Part shown: one piece after another, positions 36,416-48,392 of the stretch
Position numbering within the stretch: the first letter of the stretch is position 1
Layout of the letters: each line of letters begins with the position of its first letter
NCBI GenBank assembly: GCA_032718475.1
Contig: JAUCBJ010007522.1
Coordinates: 73,263-137,262, forward strand
Direction: 5' to 3'
DNA: 64,000 nt
From: Nemertoderma westbladi
Lineage: Eukaryota > Animalia > Xenacoelomorpha
Made by a program: the position numbers and the translations under genes
Notes under the pieces: model-generated
Told to the model about the DNA's origin: nothing
The model's input: the letters and a program-made list of their open reading frames with translations, nothing else
Database searches by the model: none

Positions 36416-39400
36416 ATGGATGATCATAAATCTACTTTAAATAACAATTCTTTTATGTCCGCACCCAGTAATGCTTCTAGTAGTGATGGGTTTGAAGTCC
36501 GTGACAAGATTTTGAGAACCCCTCCTCCAGCAAGAAGTCCAGCAGCTGTACATCCCCCAGTTAGAATACATAGTAGGGAAGTCCAAATAACTGACACACG
36601 GCTTGTAGATCGTCGTAGATCTGTGATCGGCACTAGGGCACAGAGTAAAAGGAAAGGGTTAGTACAGGCAAGTAAGGACACTGAGTTGGACAAAGACTTG
36701 CAAAAATGGAAAAATAAGACTTCCCAGCGAGAACAAGCAGCAAGTGTGGACGTCAGAACACAAAGAAGTCCCACTTATAGTAGTGACAGTTCCAATTCTG
36801 ACAGGGATGGTATTTACAGCAGAAATGACATGAACATGACTGTATTGCCTGACAATGAAATTATACAAGGTAACCAGGCCTCTCATAATACAATAGGTGG
36901 ACCGATAATAGGTGAGGCTTCACACCCCCAATCTGAATCCATTCCAGCTAGTGTAAGTGAAGTCAGTTCATCTAAAGGTTCTGGTTCTGACACCTCGTTT
37001 AAAGATCCCTTAACGAGGCTGCCACCGAATCAATTAATCCGCCTGCTAGAGGCAATAGAGACTTATAAACCAACATCACAACACTCCATGCGGGATATTC
37101 TGCCGGTGAGTTTCAAAGAGAGGTATTACGCCAGCACAATTTCCCCAAGTTACACAGGTTTTTTAACCTAGGTGATGCTACTGTAGAAGAGTTACAAAAA
37201 TTAAAAATGCAAAATCAGTGACAGAATCCATGACTTATCAAAGGATGGCGAGAACATTTAAGCAAGGCTTTAGTAAACAAATTGAGCAACTTAAAATTCG
37301 ACTCCATGCTGAGCGGAGTACACAAGTTATTGATCACTCATTAGATTTCGAAGTGGTGCAGAGAGTGTTGCGTATAAGAATAATTTTTTCGGCATTCCAT
37401 GAAGTGGCACTAAGACTTCAGGATTCTGTTTTGGATAAATTGATAAACGACTTACTCAAAGAAGTGGTTGTCCTATCCAAATCTGTTCTAGAATACAAAC
37501 AAGAAGTCCCAGTAGATGTCATCTCACAACTGACAGATCAAATAGAAATCGTGGGAGAAACAGAATTGCGCCGGCGATTGCAGGGCCTGAACCCAAGGAG
37601 TAAACAAGCTAGACGGGTGTTGGAAGACATTGACCGACTGGGCAAAGAGCGTGCTTTGGAGCAACTGGAATTAGATGCTGCTCAGAAAAGGAGGAAGCAA
37701 CAGGTGATCGAACTAGAATTAGAGGCCGAAGCAGATAAAATTAATGCCAAAGCCGAGGCAGATAGAATTAAGGCCGAAGCCGAGGCAGAGAAAATTAAGG
37801 CCGAAGCTGATACAGAGAAAATTAAGGCTGAAGCTGAGGCAGAGAAAATTAAGGCCGACCAATTAAGGGCATTGGAACTCGAACGAAAGAAAGCGGCTTT
37901 AGCTGCAGAGGATGAAATGGCAAGAAAAAGGGAGGAGATACAAAGGAAATTCTCTTCGCTTGACAAAGAACGGATCACCCGGAAGGCCACTTACTTCTCC
38001 TCATCAGATGAGGGTGCAAGTGATAGTGACATAAGCAAAGTCTATTCCTCGAGGGCCGAGAACAGTCGCAGAAAGCGAGCATCGTTATTCCGGATGCCGG
38101 ATATGCCACCGAGATCTAACCCACATGCATATTCTGACGCCTGCCAAAGTGACACATCCTCTCTAAAACAATCTGCCCCCTTGGTTACCATTATAGATGT
38201 TGATGAGGAAGCTGAAGCTGAACCTGGTCCAGATATGTCAGTTCCAGCGCAATTGACAAACAATAAAATATCAAATAATAAACAACTAAAGGTAACTCTA
38301 GTAACTGGTAAGACACCCGAACTTAATCATAATAACCCTGGCTATGGAACCGCAGCTATGTCGGCAGTAGCTCAGGCTGGACCCGCAGGTAAGACACATG
38401 GATTGAACCAGACTAAACATACTACTGTAAGTTTTGTACAAGGTGAGAAGACTATTAGTGACCCATGTATGTCCAGCACAGTCAGAGTTCCCCGGAATGA
38501 GCGTGTTTCCTTTGAGAGTGGTTTGTCACCGATTAGTCACCGTAGATTGGCCATTGAAGGAACCGATGAGACCCATGGATCCGCAGATATGTCGGAAGTG
38601 GTCATTGGTGAGCAAGGGGCCCATCCTGAACGTGAACAGTTAAGGAGGACCAATGAAACAGGTAAAGTATGTAGGCCAAAAAACATTATTAAACCAATGG
38701 ATAGTGAGATAACTAGAACCCAAATTGAGGAAGGCAAAAGGGTGCAACAGGGTCTGCGAGACACCATCTCAGAGTTAAGACATACATTAGGAAATAATGG
38801 TGAGTTTGCAAATACATATGCAGAAAATCTAAACGAATTAAAGGGAGTGCAAGATGAAATTTTGAGGTTAAATAAAGTGAAGGAAGCTGATCTAAATAAA
38901 CTCCGAGAGAATGATATAGTATTTGAAAGAAAACAAAATGAAATATATTATTCCACTCAAGTTCTGGAGGGAATTCAACAACAACTAGTAACTGCTCAAG
39001 ATACATTAGCTGCGATTAATAACCAATTACCATCATCAGAAAATGTTAGAATTGGGCAGAATGTACACATTCTTCAAAGATCAGCGCAAGCTACTGGTAT
39101 GCATGCAGAAAACATAGCAACCATGAGGACCCAAATGAGAGACACTGATCAACCACCTATTGACCCATTCTTGAACCCTAATCCCATGCAAGTACCACCT
39201 AATGTTACCCGGCCACCAGATAGCCTTGGTAATTTATCGACATCTTTTCTTAACCTCTCAATTCAAGAAAGCCTGAGTAGACAAATGGCCAGACAGGTTG
39301 TAACTGGAGGTGAAACGATAAAATTTAATGGAGATGCATTGAAATGGCTTCCTTTCCACGAGTACTTTAAAGACAATATACAGAACTCACTTTTGACTGA

Positions 39401-40286
39401 AGGAGAAAAATTAAGATTTCTCATTGAATGTCTAGAGGGACCCCCAAAAACAATGGCTCTGAAATATGTAGGTCATCCTCAAGGGTTACAAGAAGCATGG
39501 AACACACTTTCTGAAAGGTATGGTGATCAATCTACCATTGCGATGTTTGTGTTTGACAAATTAATTACAAAGAAACGTATAGCAGGTGGAGGCTTGGTTG
39601 AGTTCTCGGATGAAGTCCATGAGTTGTGTAGACAGTTAGATTGGTTGAATAAGGGAGAAATGTATGACAATTACATGGTCGTCAATAAAATAGCTGGTGC
39701 TCTACCAAAGGGAAATGTTGGTAATCGATGGGATCGTTTTGTTGTTCAAAACAAACGTGATAGACAGCGTGACGTCACCATGAGAGACTTCCTTAAATTC
39801 CTCAAGGATGAAGTCACTCTACAATTTCAAAGAGATGTCCGTGAAAGAGGAAGTGAGGCCAAACCAGCAACCGAGAAACCTGTTATTGTTCCCAGAAAAA
39901 GAGTTATGAATATCTATGACCCAGAATACGATAGCAGTATTTCTTTGAGAGAAGACATGGAATCTGATTCCCAGGAAGTCTACTATTCGAAACCAACCGG
40001 TAAACCCAATAGCCGACTCCATACACTGACAAATACGAAAGGTGATATACAAACCTCCACCCAACGTGATATAAGATCAACCAATGGGATACTACCACGA
40101 TCCCAAGTAACTAACACAAATGATAAAACGGTAACAAATAAATATCCTAATACATGCCCCTTTTGTCCAAAGGTAAGTCATCAAATGTACCAATGCCCAG
40201 AATTTTTAAAGATGAGTGATTTAAAAATTTTTAAAGATCCAGGAGATGGTTTATTAAGAACCAACGTATATGCTACAAATGCTTGA
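36416..40286 (+). pseudogene. gag: BEL-C gag, long N-terminally extended form (frameshifts near 37170 and 40230)
   Basis: RRRSVIGTRAQ, ELRRRLQGLNP and KFNGDALKWLPF...EKLRFLIECLEGPPK, collinear with BEL-B. Tandem AEAEKIK repeats. Confidence 0.9.
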
Positions 40287-43200
40287 AATTTGGTCATTTG
40301 AGGAGAGATTGCAAAATCGTAGGTATTGAGTGTCCAAAATGTAACGGTTCACATCATGCTCTGCTACATAGCGAATCTTACACCCCTAGAAGTATGGAAC
40401 AACGTGTACACTTCAGTGACGCTTGCGAAGATCCGTATGACTCTGACGAACTGGCAGGTTCTCCATATCCAGGTGAGTTTTCAGATGATAGTGACTCGTG
40501 TAATGTGTATCATATTATGATGGAAAGAGCCCTAACTTATGTCTCAAACCCGGAAACAGACGATATCACACCATTACAACACTCATCAGTTAATCAGGTG
40601 ACAAAACTGAAACAGTCCAGGAATGTAGGAGTAAGAGAATTTCCCATAGTCCAGGTGAGATTACATGCAGGTAAAAGAAGCATTATACTAAATGCATTAA
40701 TGGATTCTGGCAGCACGAATACCTTCATAGATAAAGATCTTGCTGAGACACTGTGGGACAACCACGAAATATATCCCATGCGACTTAATTTAGCCGATGT
40801 AATGCAAAAATGGACTTCAACATTGGAAACGTTCTATTGCATTGGTGCTCTGTCAGCCCCGACCAATCATGATCATATATACTCATTGGACAATGTAAAA
40901 ATGGTGGCGATAAAGAACTTCACGAGGGGACAAGCACCATTATATAATTGGGATGAAGACGAATTCACCAACGAACATAACATACCCCGTTATGATGTTG
41001 ACAGTCCTGGAATTTCCCTCCTGATTGGACAGAATGCACATGAGGCTCTCGAGATATTGGAGAAGATACCTAAAAAACCTTTACCTTTAGCACCATACGC
41101 ATGTAGGACGCGGATAGGTTGGTATTGTACGGGACCTTCAACGAAAACCTTACAAGAACGAACCGGAGCAAGTATAAAGGTAAACGAAGTTCTTAGCTAT
41201 GACTCATCACTTGAAAATGTCTTATCGACTGACAATGACCAAAACATAGACCTAGAGAATGATGAGACTGATACAGAGTTAATTGATGACGAACAGTATA
41301 TTAATTATCAAATGCAGAATTATAATTCTTTGCAAGGAAATTTTGTTAACGATGAACATGACGAATTAAGTGAAATCTTGCGAGCTCAGGCTGAATATAA
41401 TGCTGAGCAACAACTCGTTGAAGATGAGCGATCCCGTGACATACAACGGACTACCACAAAATTCTTAAAGAATGAAGGTAAGTATGAAATAGGTTTACTT
41501 TGGCGCTCTCGGGATCCCAAGTTCCATAACAACAGAATTCTAGCAGAGAAGAGAGTGGAACAATTAAAGCGACGTTTGGCTGCAAACCATAACGCATGGC
41601 ACATGTATAGGGAACAGATGGAGAAGTTCATCACAAAAGGGTATGCTGAAGAAGTGCCAACAAGGACACCAGAATCAAATCGGACATACTATATAACTCA
41701 TCACTATGTGGAACGTCCCGACAAGCCAGGTACTGTGAGAGTGGTCTTTGATGCTTCAGCTCTATATAAAGGACAGTCTCTCAATTCAGAATTAATGACT
41801 GGTCCCAACATGTTGCAATCCCTTCTAGGAATCTTGATTCGCCTTCGCCAATACTCGATCGCCTTCGCCTCAGATATTGAAGGCATGTTTTTACAAGTGA
41901 AGGCCCTACAAGTAGACAGAGATAGCCTCCGGTTTTTTTGGTGGCCAGACGGAGACTTTAGAAAACCTCTGAAGGAATATTGGATGACGGTACAAGCGTT
42001 TGGCATTAATTCCAGCCCATCTAACTCATGCTTCATTGTTCATACCACGGCGGATGATAACCAACATGATTTCTAGCCCACCATCCTAGAAAATATCAAG
42101 AAAGATATATATATGGATGACAACTTGAAGTCTGTTCTAACCGTTGAGGAGGCGATAAGCATAGCGAAAGGCACAGTAGAATGTCTTAAACGAGGAGGAT
42201 TCAAGCTCACGAAGTTCGCTAGCAACTCCAGAGAGTTTCTGGACTCAATACCATTCGAAGACCGTGGTGCGAAAAATCTGGATTTGACACGTGATGATTT
42301 ACCGGAAACAAAGACATTAGCTTCTAAAGCTCTCATTGTGAATAAAGAGTTAAGGACACGACCACCTAGGGCAGAATTGAAAGCAGGTTTCTATGCAACA
42401 ACTGTTGCTAAAAACGTGACTGAATATTTGAATTTTGAAATATCAAGGACTACATTTTGGACTGACGCTGTCTTGGTTCTAGAATATTTAACTAACGAAG
42501 TATGTCAGTTTAGTGTATATGTAACGAACAGAGTTGCAATCATGCTCAGCCGCACAAAGGTGGATCAATGGAGGCATTGCCCCGGTACTATCAATCCCGC
42601 TGACATTGCTTCGCGTGGTGCGACTACAAGAGAGTTGATTAATACCAAATGTTGGCTCAACGGACCAGAGTTCTTATGGGAGGCTGGAAACGAATGGCCG
42701 AAAAATCTGACACCGGCAGAAATCCGACAGGCTAAGGGAGCCGAAATAATAAAGCCAAGGAAAACTACAAAATCAAAGTTATTCACCAAACCACTTGATA
42801 TAACTGCCCAAATAGTTGACAATGACTTGGCCCGGAAACCAGAAACTTCTGGACTTCAGAATTCGTATTTCACTAAACATGAGGAACCCCATGAAAACAT
42901 AACGACCAATTCAGACTTACCAAACCATATTAGTGATACTTCAAAGATCACACCACGACAATCAAGTGATACATTGCCTAACATAAAACAAGGATTATCA
43001 CCCTTATTGGAAGAAGCAATGAATCACTATAGTTCTTGGTACCGGTATAGACTTTGTAAGAGCGAGACATATCTCAAGAAATACGTGCACTACCGTTTTG
43101 GTGTGTCTAGAGACTGTACACCAGCAGTGACGCGAGGAGATATTGATGAGACTAATAAACAACTACTGCGTCTTTCTCAGAAACTCGATGACCCAGCAAG

Positions 43201-43704
43201 GTACAATAAATTGGTGAGTGAACCAGGCATCACGTTGCGTGACAATTACACAAGTGTCATGATAGATGGGTTAATTAGGGTAGGGGGTAGATTGACTAAC
43301 GCTCCTGTGTCTAAGGATACCATATTCCCAATAATAATATATAGCCCAGATATACAACGTAAGTTAATTCAAGACACACATGCCAAACTTTACCATGCTG
43401 GCCGTGAACGAATTCTTAGTGAACTGCGCACTCGTTATTACTTGGTTAAACCCCGTAAGTCACTTAATAAAATTTTAAGGAATTGCATCCCCTGTAAAAG
43501 ACTGTACAGTAAGCCATTAACCCAAATTGAAGCGGAGTTACCACGTGAGAGGGTAAGTTGCTACCAACCGCCGTTCACAAACACCGGTGTTGACATGTTT
43601 GGACCAATAGAGGTCAAACGAGCACGTACCAAAGTAAAACGATGGTGTATTATATTTGTTTGTCAGACGTGTAGAGCGATACATCTGGATATGGTCAACG
43701 ACAT
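40283..43704 (+). pseudogene. pol: BEL-C pol: knuckles, protease, RT, partial RNase H, N-half of integrase
   Basis: ALMDSGS, YITHH, DIEGMFLQV, YMDD, WRHCPGTINPAD, H..H/CIPC and GVDMFGP. Stop at 42076. In-frame deletion at ETKTLA|SKA. Confidence 0.92.
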
Positions 43705-44005
43705 TGTTAGATTATGTATTGTAAGGGCTCTAGTAGACCCTGGCTTGGTGGTGGTTAGATCCAACCTACTGGTCTTTTAGCTACCGGTCTTCTTCTGGTA
43801 TTCCGGTATTCAGTCTTTCCTATCTTCTAGGTCTGTAGGTACAGTAACCGTTACCAGTACCTACTGTACTGCTGTACTGATGTGCTGTAAGGTGGTGGGT
43901 GTGTTCGTTGGTCTGTTGGTTCTTATTATTGTTTGATATGCTGTTCTGTATGTCGACCATTAATAAACTGATGCAGCTGGTATTCATTTATTTCCGATCC
44001 CAATA

Positions 44006-44016
44006 TGGCGCAGTGA
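44006..44016 (+). promoter_or_regulatory. tRNA primer-binding site of the Gypsy element (TGGCGCAGTGA; possibly tRNA-Ser)
   Basis: TGG lies immediately after the 5' LTR. The tRNA identity is from memory of tRNA-Ser 3' ends (...CTGCGCCA) and was not verified. Confidence 0.75.
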
Positions 44017-44177
44017 TGTACTTGATGTTCCTACAACCCTATTCAAATGGTGGACATTCCAGCGCATTCAGCAGGTTAGATAATTCAACATTATTCTACC
44101 GGTCGCCTCTACTGATTCTGATATAGGCCTAGCTACCTACCTATACTTCTGGTGGTGTACCTACTCCAGTACTCTTC

Positions 44178-44353
44178 TAAACTAAGCCCTTGGGACGGAC
44201 AGTGGAGTGACTCACGCTGGTTATCGTTGTCGTTGTGTAGCTACTACGTTGGCGAAAAACACAGCGACGACGGTAGCCTACATCGGCGCTGAGGACCTTG
44301 CGCTGTCCGGGGGCCTTGAGGGGTAGGCAGCGACGCCCGCTAGCCTAATTATA
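44178..44353 (+). ncRNA. Putative structured RNA module in the Gypsy 5' UTR, shared with BEL-B
   Basis: Closely matches the reverse complement of 11086-11256. Several differences are G-U/Watson-Crick exchanges within stems. Confidence 0.65.
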
Positions 44354-44555
44354 CTGTTATAACTACCGGTACCTATTCAATTCACATTCAGCAGTCAGGT
44401 GGTATTCCAGTCTGCCAGTATTCGATAACTACAGATTTTGGCTGATTTGCGTGCAAAAGTTTTGCACATTTTTGCAAAATTTTTTCTTTTCGGATTTTTC
44501 AAATTTTTTCGGATATTTAATTTCCTGAAATTTCTTTAATATTCAACAGTCAGAT

Positions 44556-47500
44556 ATGCCTACTAAAGCTGAACTCGAAACCGAACTGGAGGTTTTAAGA
44601 GAACAGTTGGCTGGTCGTGGTAATCCTGATCCCACCTCAGCTCTTCTACATGCATTAGTTAAATCGCAACGCGATTTGGCTGATTCCTTAGCACAATCCC
44701 AAGCCCAAAATGCCCATCAATTTCAACAATTACTTGGTCAACCGCATCAACCTGTAGTTCATCAGTCTGACTCAACCCCTCGTAATCTTCAAATTAAAGC
44801 ACCAATTGCTTTAGAACCGGATTTCAGTTTAGCAAAATTTGAAACTCGGAAGTCGGTTTGGGCGGATTATTATTCTGCATTTCAGATGGATAGAATGGCT
44901 AGGGATAGGCAAATCTGTATTTTCAGGAGTTACCTTTCTATAGGTATGCGCTCTACACTGGAACAAGTTATTGACATTCCTCCTGACACACATGATAATC
45001 CTTTAACAGTTCAGGTGTTAATAGATTGTATTCAAAGTTATTTTCGTGGTAAACGGAATATAGCCCTTGATTGTGTTCAGTTTGATAATAGGAAACAACG
45101 TCAAAGTGAAAATTTTGATAGCTACCTGGTTGCTATTAAAGATCTTGCTCGAGATGCTGATCTATGTCGTCATTGTTTCGATCGGCGGTTGACTACTCGA
45201 ATTATGTCTGGTATTTCTTGCGAGGACACCAGATCTAAACTTCTTGCATTGACTCCATTTCCATCGCTTGAAGATGCTGTAAATCTTTGTAGGTCTGAGG
45301 AATCAGCCCAAGCTGGAGTTCAGGATTTAAAAAACCCTTCAATCAACCAAGCTTCTCGACAATCTCGTTTTCACAACAAAAAGCCTTATAATTCCAGGCG
45401 CAACAATTCTTCTAAATCCAATTCCAGAAACAATTCTTCAACTACTGGCCCTATAGTTTGTTATGGTTGTGGTAAAACAGACCATAAACGCGCTGACTGT
45501 CCAGCAAGGAACAAAGATTGTTCTTATGGTGGCAAGGAAGGCCACTTTGCCAATGTTTGTCGGTCTAAACAAAATAATTCGAATTCATCTTCAAAACCTA
45601 AGACAAAACCCATTAGCCGCATCACCCTCAATTTGGTTGGAAGCCATAATCGACAAGCTCCGAAAGTATTTCTGAACTTCTGTCATATCGCAACAGGACA
45701 TTTATTCGGTTCTCTCAAAGCAACTCCAGATACTGGTGCTGAGGCCACTGTTGCCGGCTTAGATTTTCTTCAGGCCCTTTCTATTGACAAAGAAAATTTA
45801 CTTCCACCAGACCATGATGATCTTTCTGCTGCTAATGGTAGTCTTCTTTCATGCATTGGTCTCCTCCACACCACAATTTCCTATGGCGAATATTCAACTG
45901 ATGAGCTCATCTGCATTTGTGAAGAAGTCGATGGAATTCTTTTGGCATGGTATACTTGTCAAAACCTAGGAATTATTTCAAGTTCATATCCAGAACCAGT
46001 GGCAGAAATTCAGTCTGTTACTTCTTCTAATTCTTCTAATATGTCACCTATTGGTATTAAAAACTCAATTCCAACAACATCATTCAAGGTTGACTTCCAT
46101 CTTTCTGATGAACCTTCGCCTTCAGAATGGGATACTGTTAAGCAGAAACTCATAAAGGCTTATTCTGATGTTTTTGACCAAGATGACAAACTTCGTCCAA
46201 TGAATGGCCCACCCATGACCATTTCATTAAAAGATGATGCCCAACCATATGCTATTCATACAGCCAGGCAACTTCCTTTAGCCATTAGAGACTGGGCTAA
46301 AGCTCGCTTAGAGAAAATGGTTGAACAAGGTATTATTTGTCCAGTTCTGGATAACGAACCAACTGATTGGGTCCATCCTTCCGATATCACTTCTGATATC
46401 ACTTCCGATATCATTTCCGATATCACTTCCGATATCACTTCCGATATCACTTCCGATATCACTTCCGATATCACTTCTGATATCACTTCCGATATCATTT
46501 CCGATATCACTTCCGATATCACTTCCGATATCACTTCCAATATCATTTCCGATATCACTTCCGATATCACTTCTGATATCACTTCCGATATCACTTCCGA
46601 TATCACTTCCGATATCACTTCCGATATCGATTCGATTCCAGACGCACTTTCCCGTGCCCCTGTTTCGGATCCTACTCCAGAGGATATTCTTTGTGATACA
46701 GATGTCAATGACCATGTCTCCGCAGTCATACGTCACGTGTCTACCTCAATTGTTGTCTCTGATGCTCCAAGTCATCTCAAGGATTCATATATTGAGTCTA
46801 TCCGATCATCTGCAAAGGATGATATTTCTTACATGGCTTTGGTGGATGCTGTTATTTCTGGATTTCCCTCAACATCCACACAATGTTCTGTGCACATACG
46901 CCCATTCTGGAATGTGCGACATCAGTTATCTTGTGAAGATAATCTTCTTTTATTAGGTTCCCGGATTGTAATTCCATCTTCCCTCCGTAAGGATGTCCTG
47001 AAGCACCTTCATGATGCTCATCAGGGCATTGAACGTTTTAAGAGGAGAGCTAGGCAAACTGTATTCTGGCCTGGTATCAATAGCGATATTACAAGCATAG
47101 TCAATTCTTGTCCCCAGTGTCAACTTTATCAACCAAGTTTACCTACAGAGTCTCTCCAAAGCGACCCTCATCCATGTCTTCCAATGGAGGATTGCTCTGC
47201 TGATCTTTTCTACTTCAGCACCTGGTCATACCTGGTTTATGTCGATAGATATTCTGGGTGGCCATGCGTTCATTCTTGGTGTGCCGATCCTTCCAGCTCT
47301 CAAGTTATTTCAGCTCTTCGAGGATGGTTCAAAGATTTCGGTATTCCAAAACGCCTTCGTTCTGATGGTGGTACACAATTTAATTCAGCACATTATCATG
47401 ATTTCTTATCCGAATGGAATATCATCCCTGAGTATTCTACTCCTGAGTATCCTCAGTCTAATGGCCATGCAGAGGGGGCTGTAAAGGCCATGAAATCATT

Positions 47501-48020
47501 GATAAAAAAGTTAGATATCAAAGGAGATCTAAACTCTACTTGCTTTGTTCGTGGTTTGCTGGAATGGAGAAATACTCCTAAAGAACATGGTATGTCTCCA
47601 GCTCAACTGTTGTTTGGTAGATCCCTCCGTTCCACTATACCAGCTCATTCGTCCACACTGGCAGGTGATTCATTCCCTATCCCTGGTCCTTCAACGTCTT
47701 CAGCAACTGAATCATATTATAATGATCATGCTCACGACTTAACCCCGATTCCTATTGGTTCCCGAGTTTGCATCCAGAGTGCACATTCCAAACTATGGAA
47801 CAAATCTGGTATCGTCCTTTCCCGTGGTACTAGGCAAGATTACAGGATTGAACTAGACAATGGTCGGGTGTATTGGAGAAATCGTCGTTATCTGCGTTCC
47901 ATCCCAGATGACTCTTCTCTTCGTGACATAATGCCTCAAAAACAGGTACAGTTCGCTGATGATCTTCCCAGGCGCAGTTCGAGAACTCACAAGCAACCAG
48001 CAAGATTCGGAGTTCAATGA
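44556..48020 (+). CDS. Gypsy Gag-PR-(RT/RNase H replaced by repeat)-IN single ORF, 1154 aa
   Basis: Two knuckles (CYGCGKTDHKRADC, CSYGGKEGHFANVC), PR PDTGAE, RT start ...WVHP, then (SDIT)n, then IPDALSR. IN: LHDAHQG..CPQC, SDGGTQF, PQSNGHAE. Confidence 0.92.
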   Translation: MPTKAELETELEVLREQLAGRGNPDPTSALLHALVKSQRDLADSLAQSQAQNAHQFQQLLGQPHQPVVHQSDSTPRNLQIKAPIALEPDFSLAKFETRKSVWADYYSAFQMDRMARDRQICIFRSYLSIGMRSTLEQVIDIPPDTHDNPLTVQVLIDCIQSYFRGKRNIALDCVQFDNRKQRQSENFDSYLVAIKDLARDADLCRHCFDRRLTTRIMSGISCEDTRSKLLALTPFPSLEDAVNLCRSEESAQAGVQDLKNPSINQASRQSRFHNKKPYNSRRNNSSKSNSRNNSSTTGPIVCYGCGKTDHKRADCPARNKDCSYGGKEGHFANVCRSKQNNSNSSSKPKTKPISRITLNLVGSHNRQAPKVFLNFCHIATGHLFGSLKATPDTGAEATVAGLDFLQALSIDKENLLPPDHDDLSAANGSLLSCIGLLHTTISYGEYSTDELICICEEVDGILLAWYTCQNLGIISSSYPEPVAEIQSVTSSNSSNMSPIGIKNSIPTTSFKVDFHLSDEPSPSEWDTVKQKLIKAYSDVFDQDDKLRPMNGPPMTISLKDDAQPYAIHTARQLPLAIRDWAKARLEKMVEQGIICPVLDNEPTDWVHPSDITSDITSDIISDITSDITSDITSDITSDITSDITSDIISDITSDITSDITSNIISDITSDITSDITSDITSDITSDITSDIDSIPDALSRAPVSDPTPEDILCDTDVNDHVSAVIRHVSTSIVVSDAPSHLKDSYIESIRSSAKDDISYMALVDAVISGFPSTSTQCSVHIRPFWNVRHQLSCEDNLLLLGSRIVIPSSLRKDVLKHLHDAHQGIERFKRRARQTVFWPGINSDITSIVNSCPQCQLYQPSLPTESLQSDPHPCLPMEDCSADLFYFSTWSYLVYVDRYSGWPCVHSWCADPSSSQVISALRGWFKDFGIPKRLRSDGGTQFNSAHYHDFLSEWNIIPEYSTPEYPQSNGHAEGAVKAMKSLIKKLDIKGDLNSTCFVRGLLEWRNTPKEHGMSPAQLLFGRSLRSTIPAHSSTLAGDSFPIPGPSTSSATESYYNDHAHDLTPIPIGSRVCIQSAHSKLWNKSGIVLSRGTRQDYRIELDNGRVYWRNRRYLRSIPDDSSLRDIMPQKQVQFADDLPRRSSRTHKQPARFGVQ
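46380..46628 (+). repeat. 12-bp tandem repeat (TCCGATATCACT) x ~21, in frame
   Basis: Direct tandem copies with a palindromic GATATC core. Confidence 0.97.
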
Positions 48021-48392
48021 ACTGACCTATTGGTGGTGGTTGGATTTTTTTTTTTCAGTACAAATGTCTCCTACATTGTTCTTGGGGGAGATGGTAGATT
48101 ATGTATTGTTAGGGCTCTAGTAGACCCTGGCTTGGTGGTGGTTAGATCCAACCTACTGGTCTTTTAGCTACCGGTCCTCTTCTGGTATTCCGGTATTCAG
48201 TCTTTCCTATCTTCTAGGTCTGTAGGTACAGTAACCGTTACCGGTACCTACTGTACTGCTGTACTGATGTGCTGTAAGGTGGTGGGTGTGTTCGTTGGTC
48301 TGTTGGTTCTTATTATTGTTTGATATGCTGTTCTGTATGTCGACCATTAATAAACTGATGCAGCTGGTATTCATTTATTTCCGATCCCAATA

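Larger units (their letters stand above)
43705..48392 (+). mobile_element. Gypsy/Ty3 (Mag-like) LTR retrotransposon, non-autonomous, nested in BEL-C integrase
   Basis: 301-bp LTRs at 43705-44005 and 48092-48392 (4 differences seen). TSD GACAT at 43700-43704 and 48393-48397. Excision restores IN DMVNDMSMDSF. PPT GGGGGAGA at 48084-48091. Confidence 0.95.

Noticed and set aside
44280-44345. Hammerhead, HDV-like, twister, pistol or group II intron identity for the shared RNA module
   Set aside because: CTGAGGA fits CUGANGA but no conserved GAAA or stem II follows. I could not build a consistent nested pseudoknot or a domain V. The module is left unclassified.
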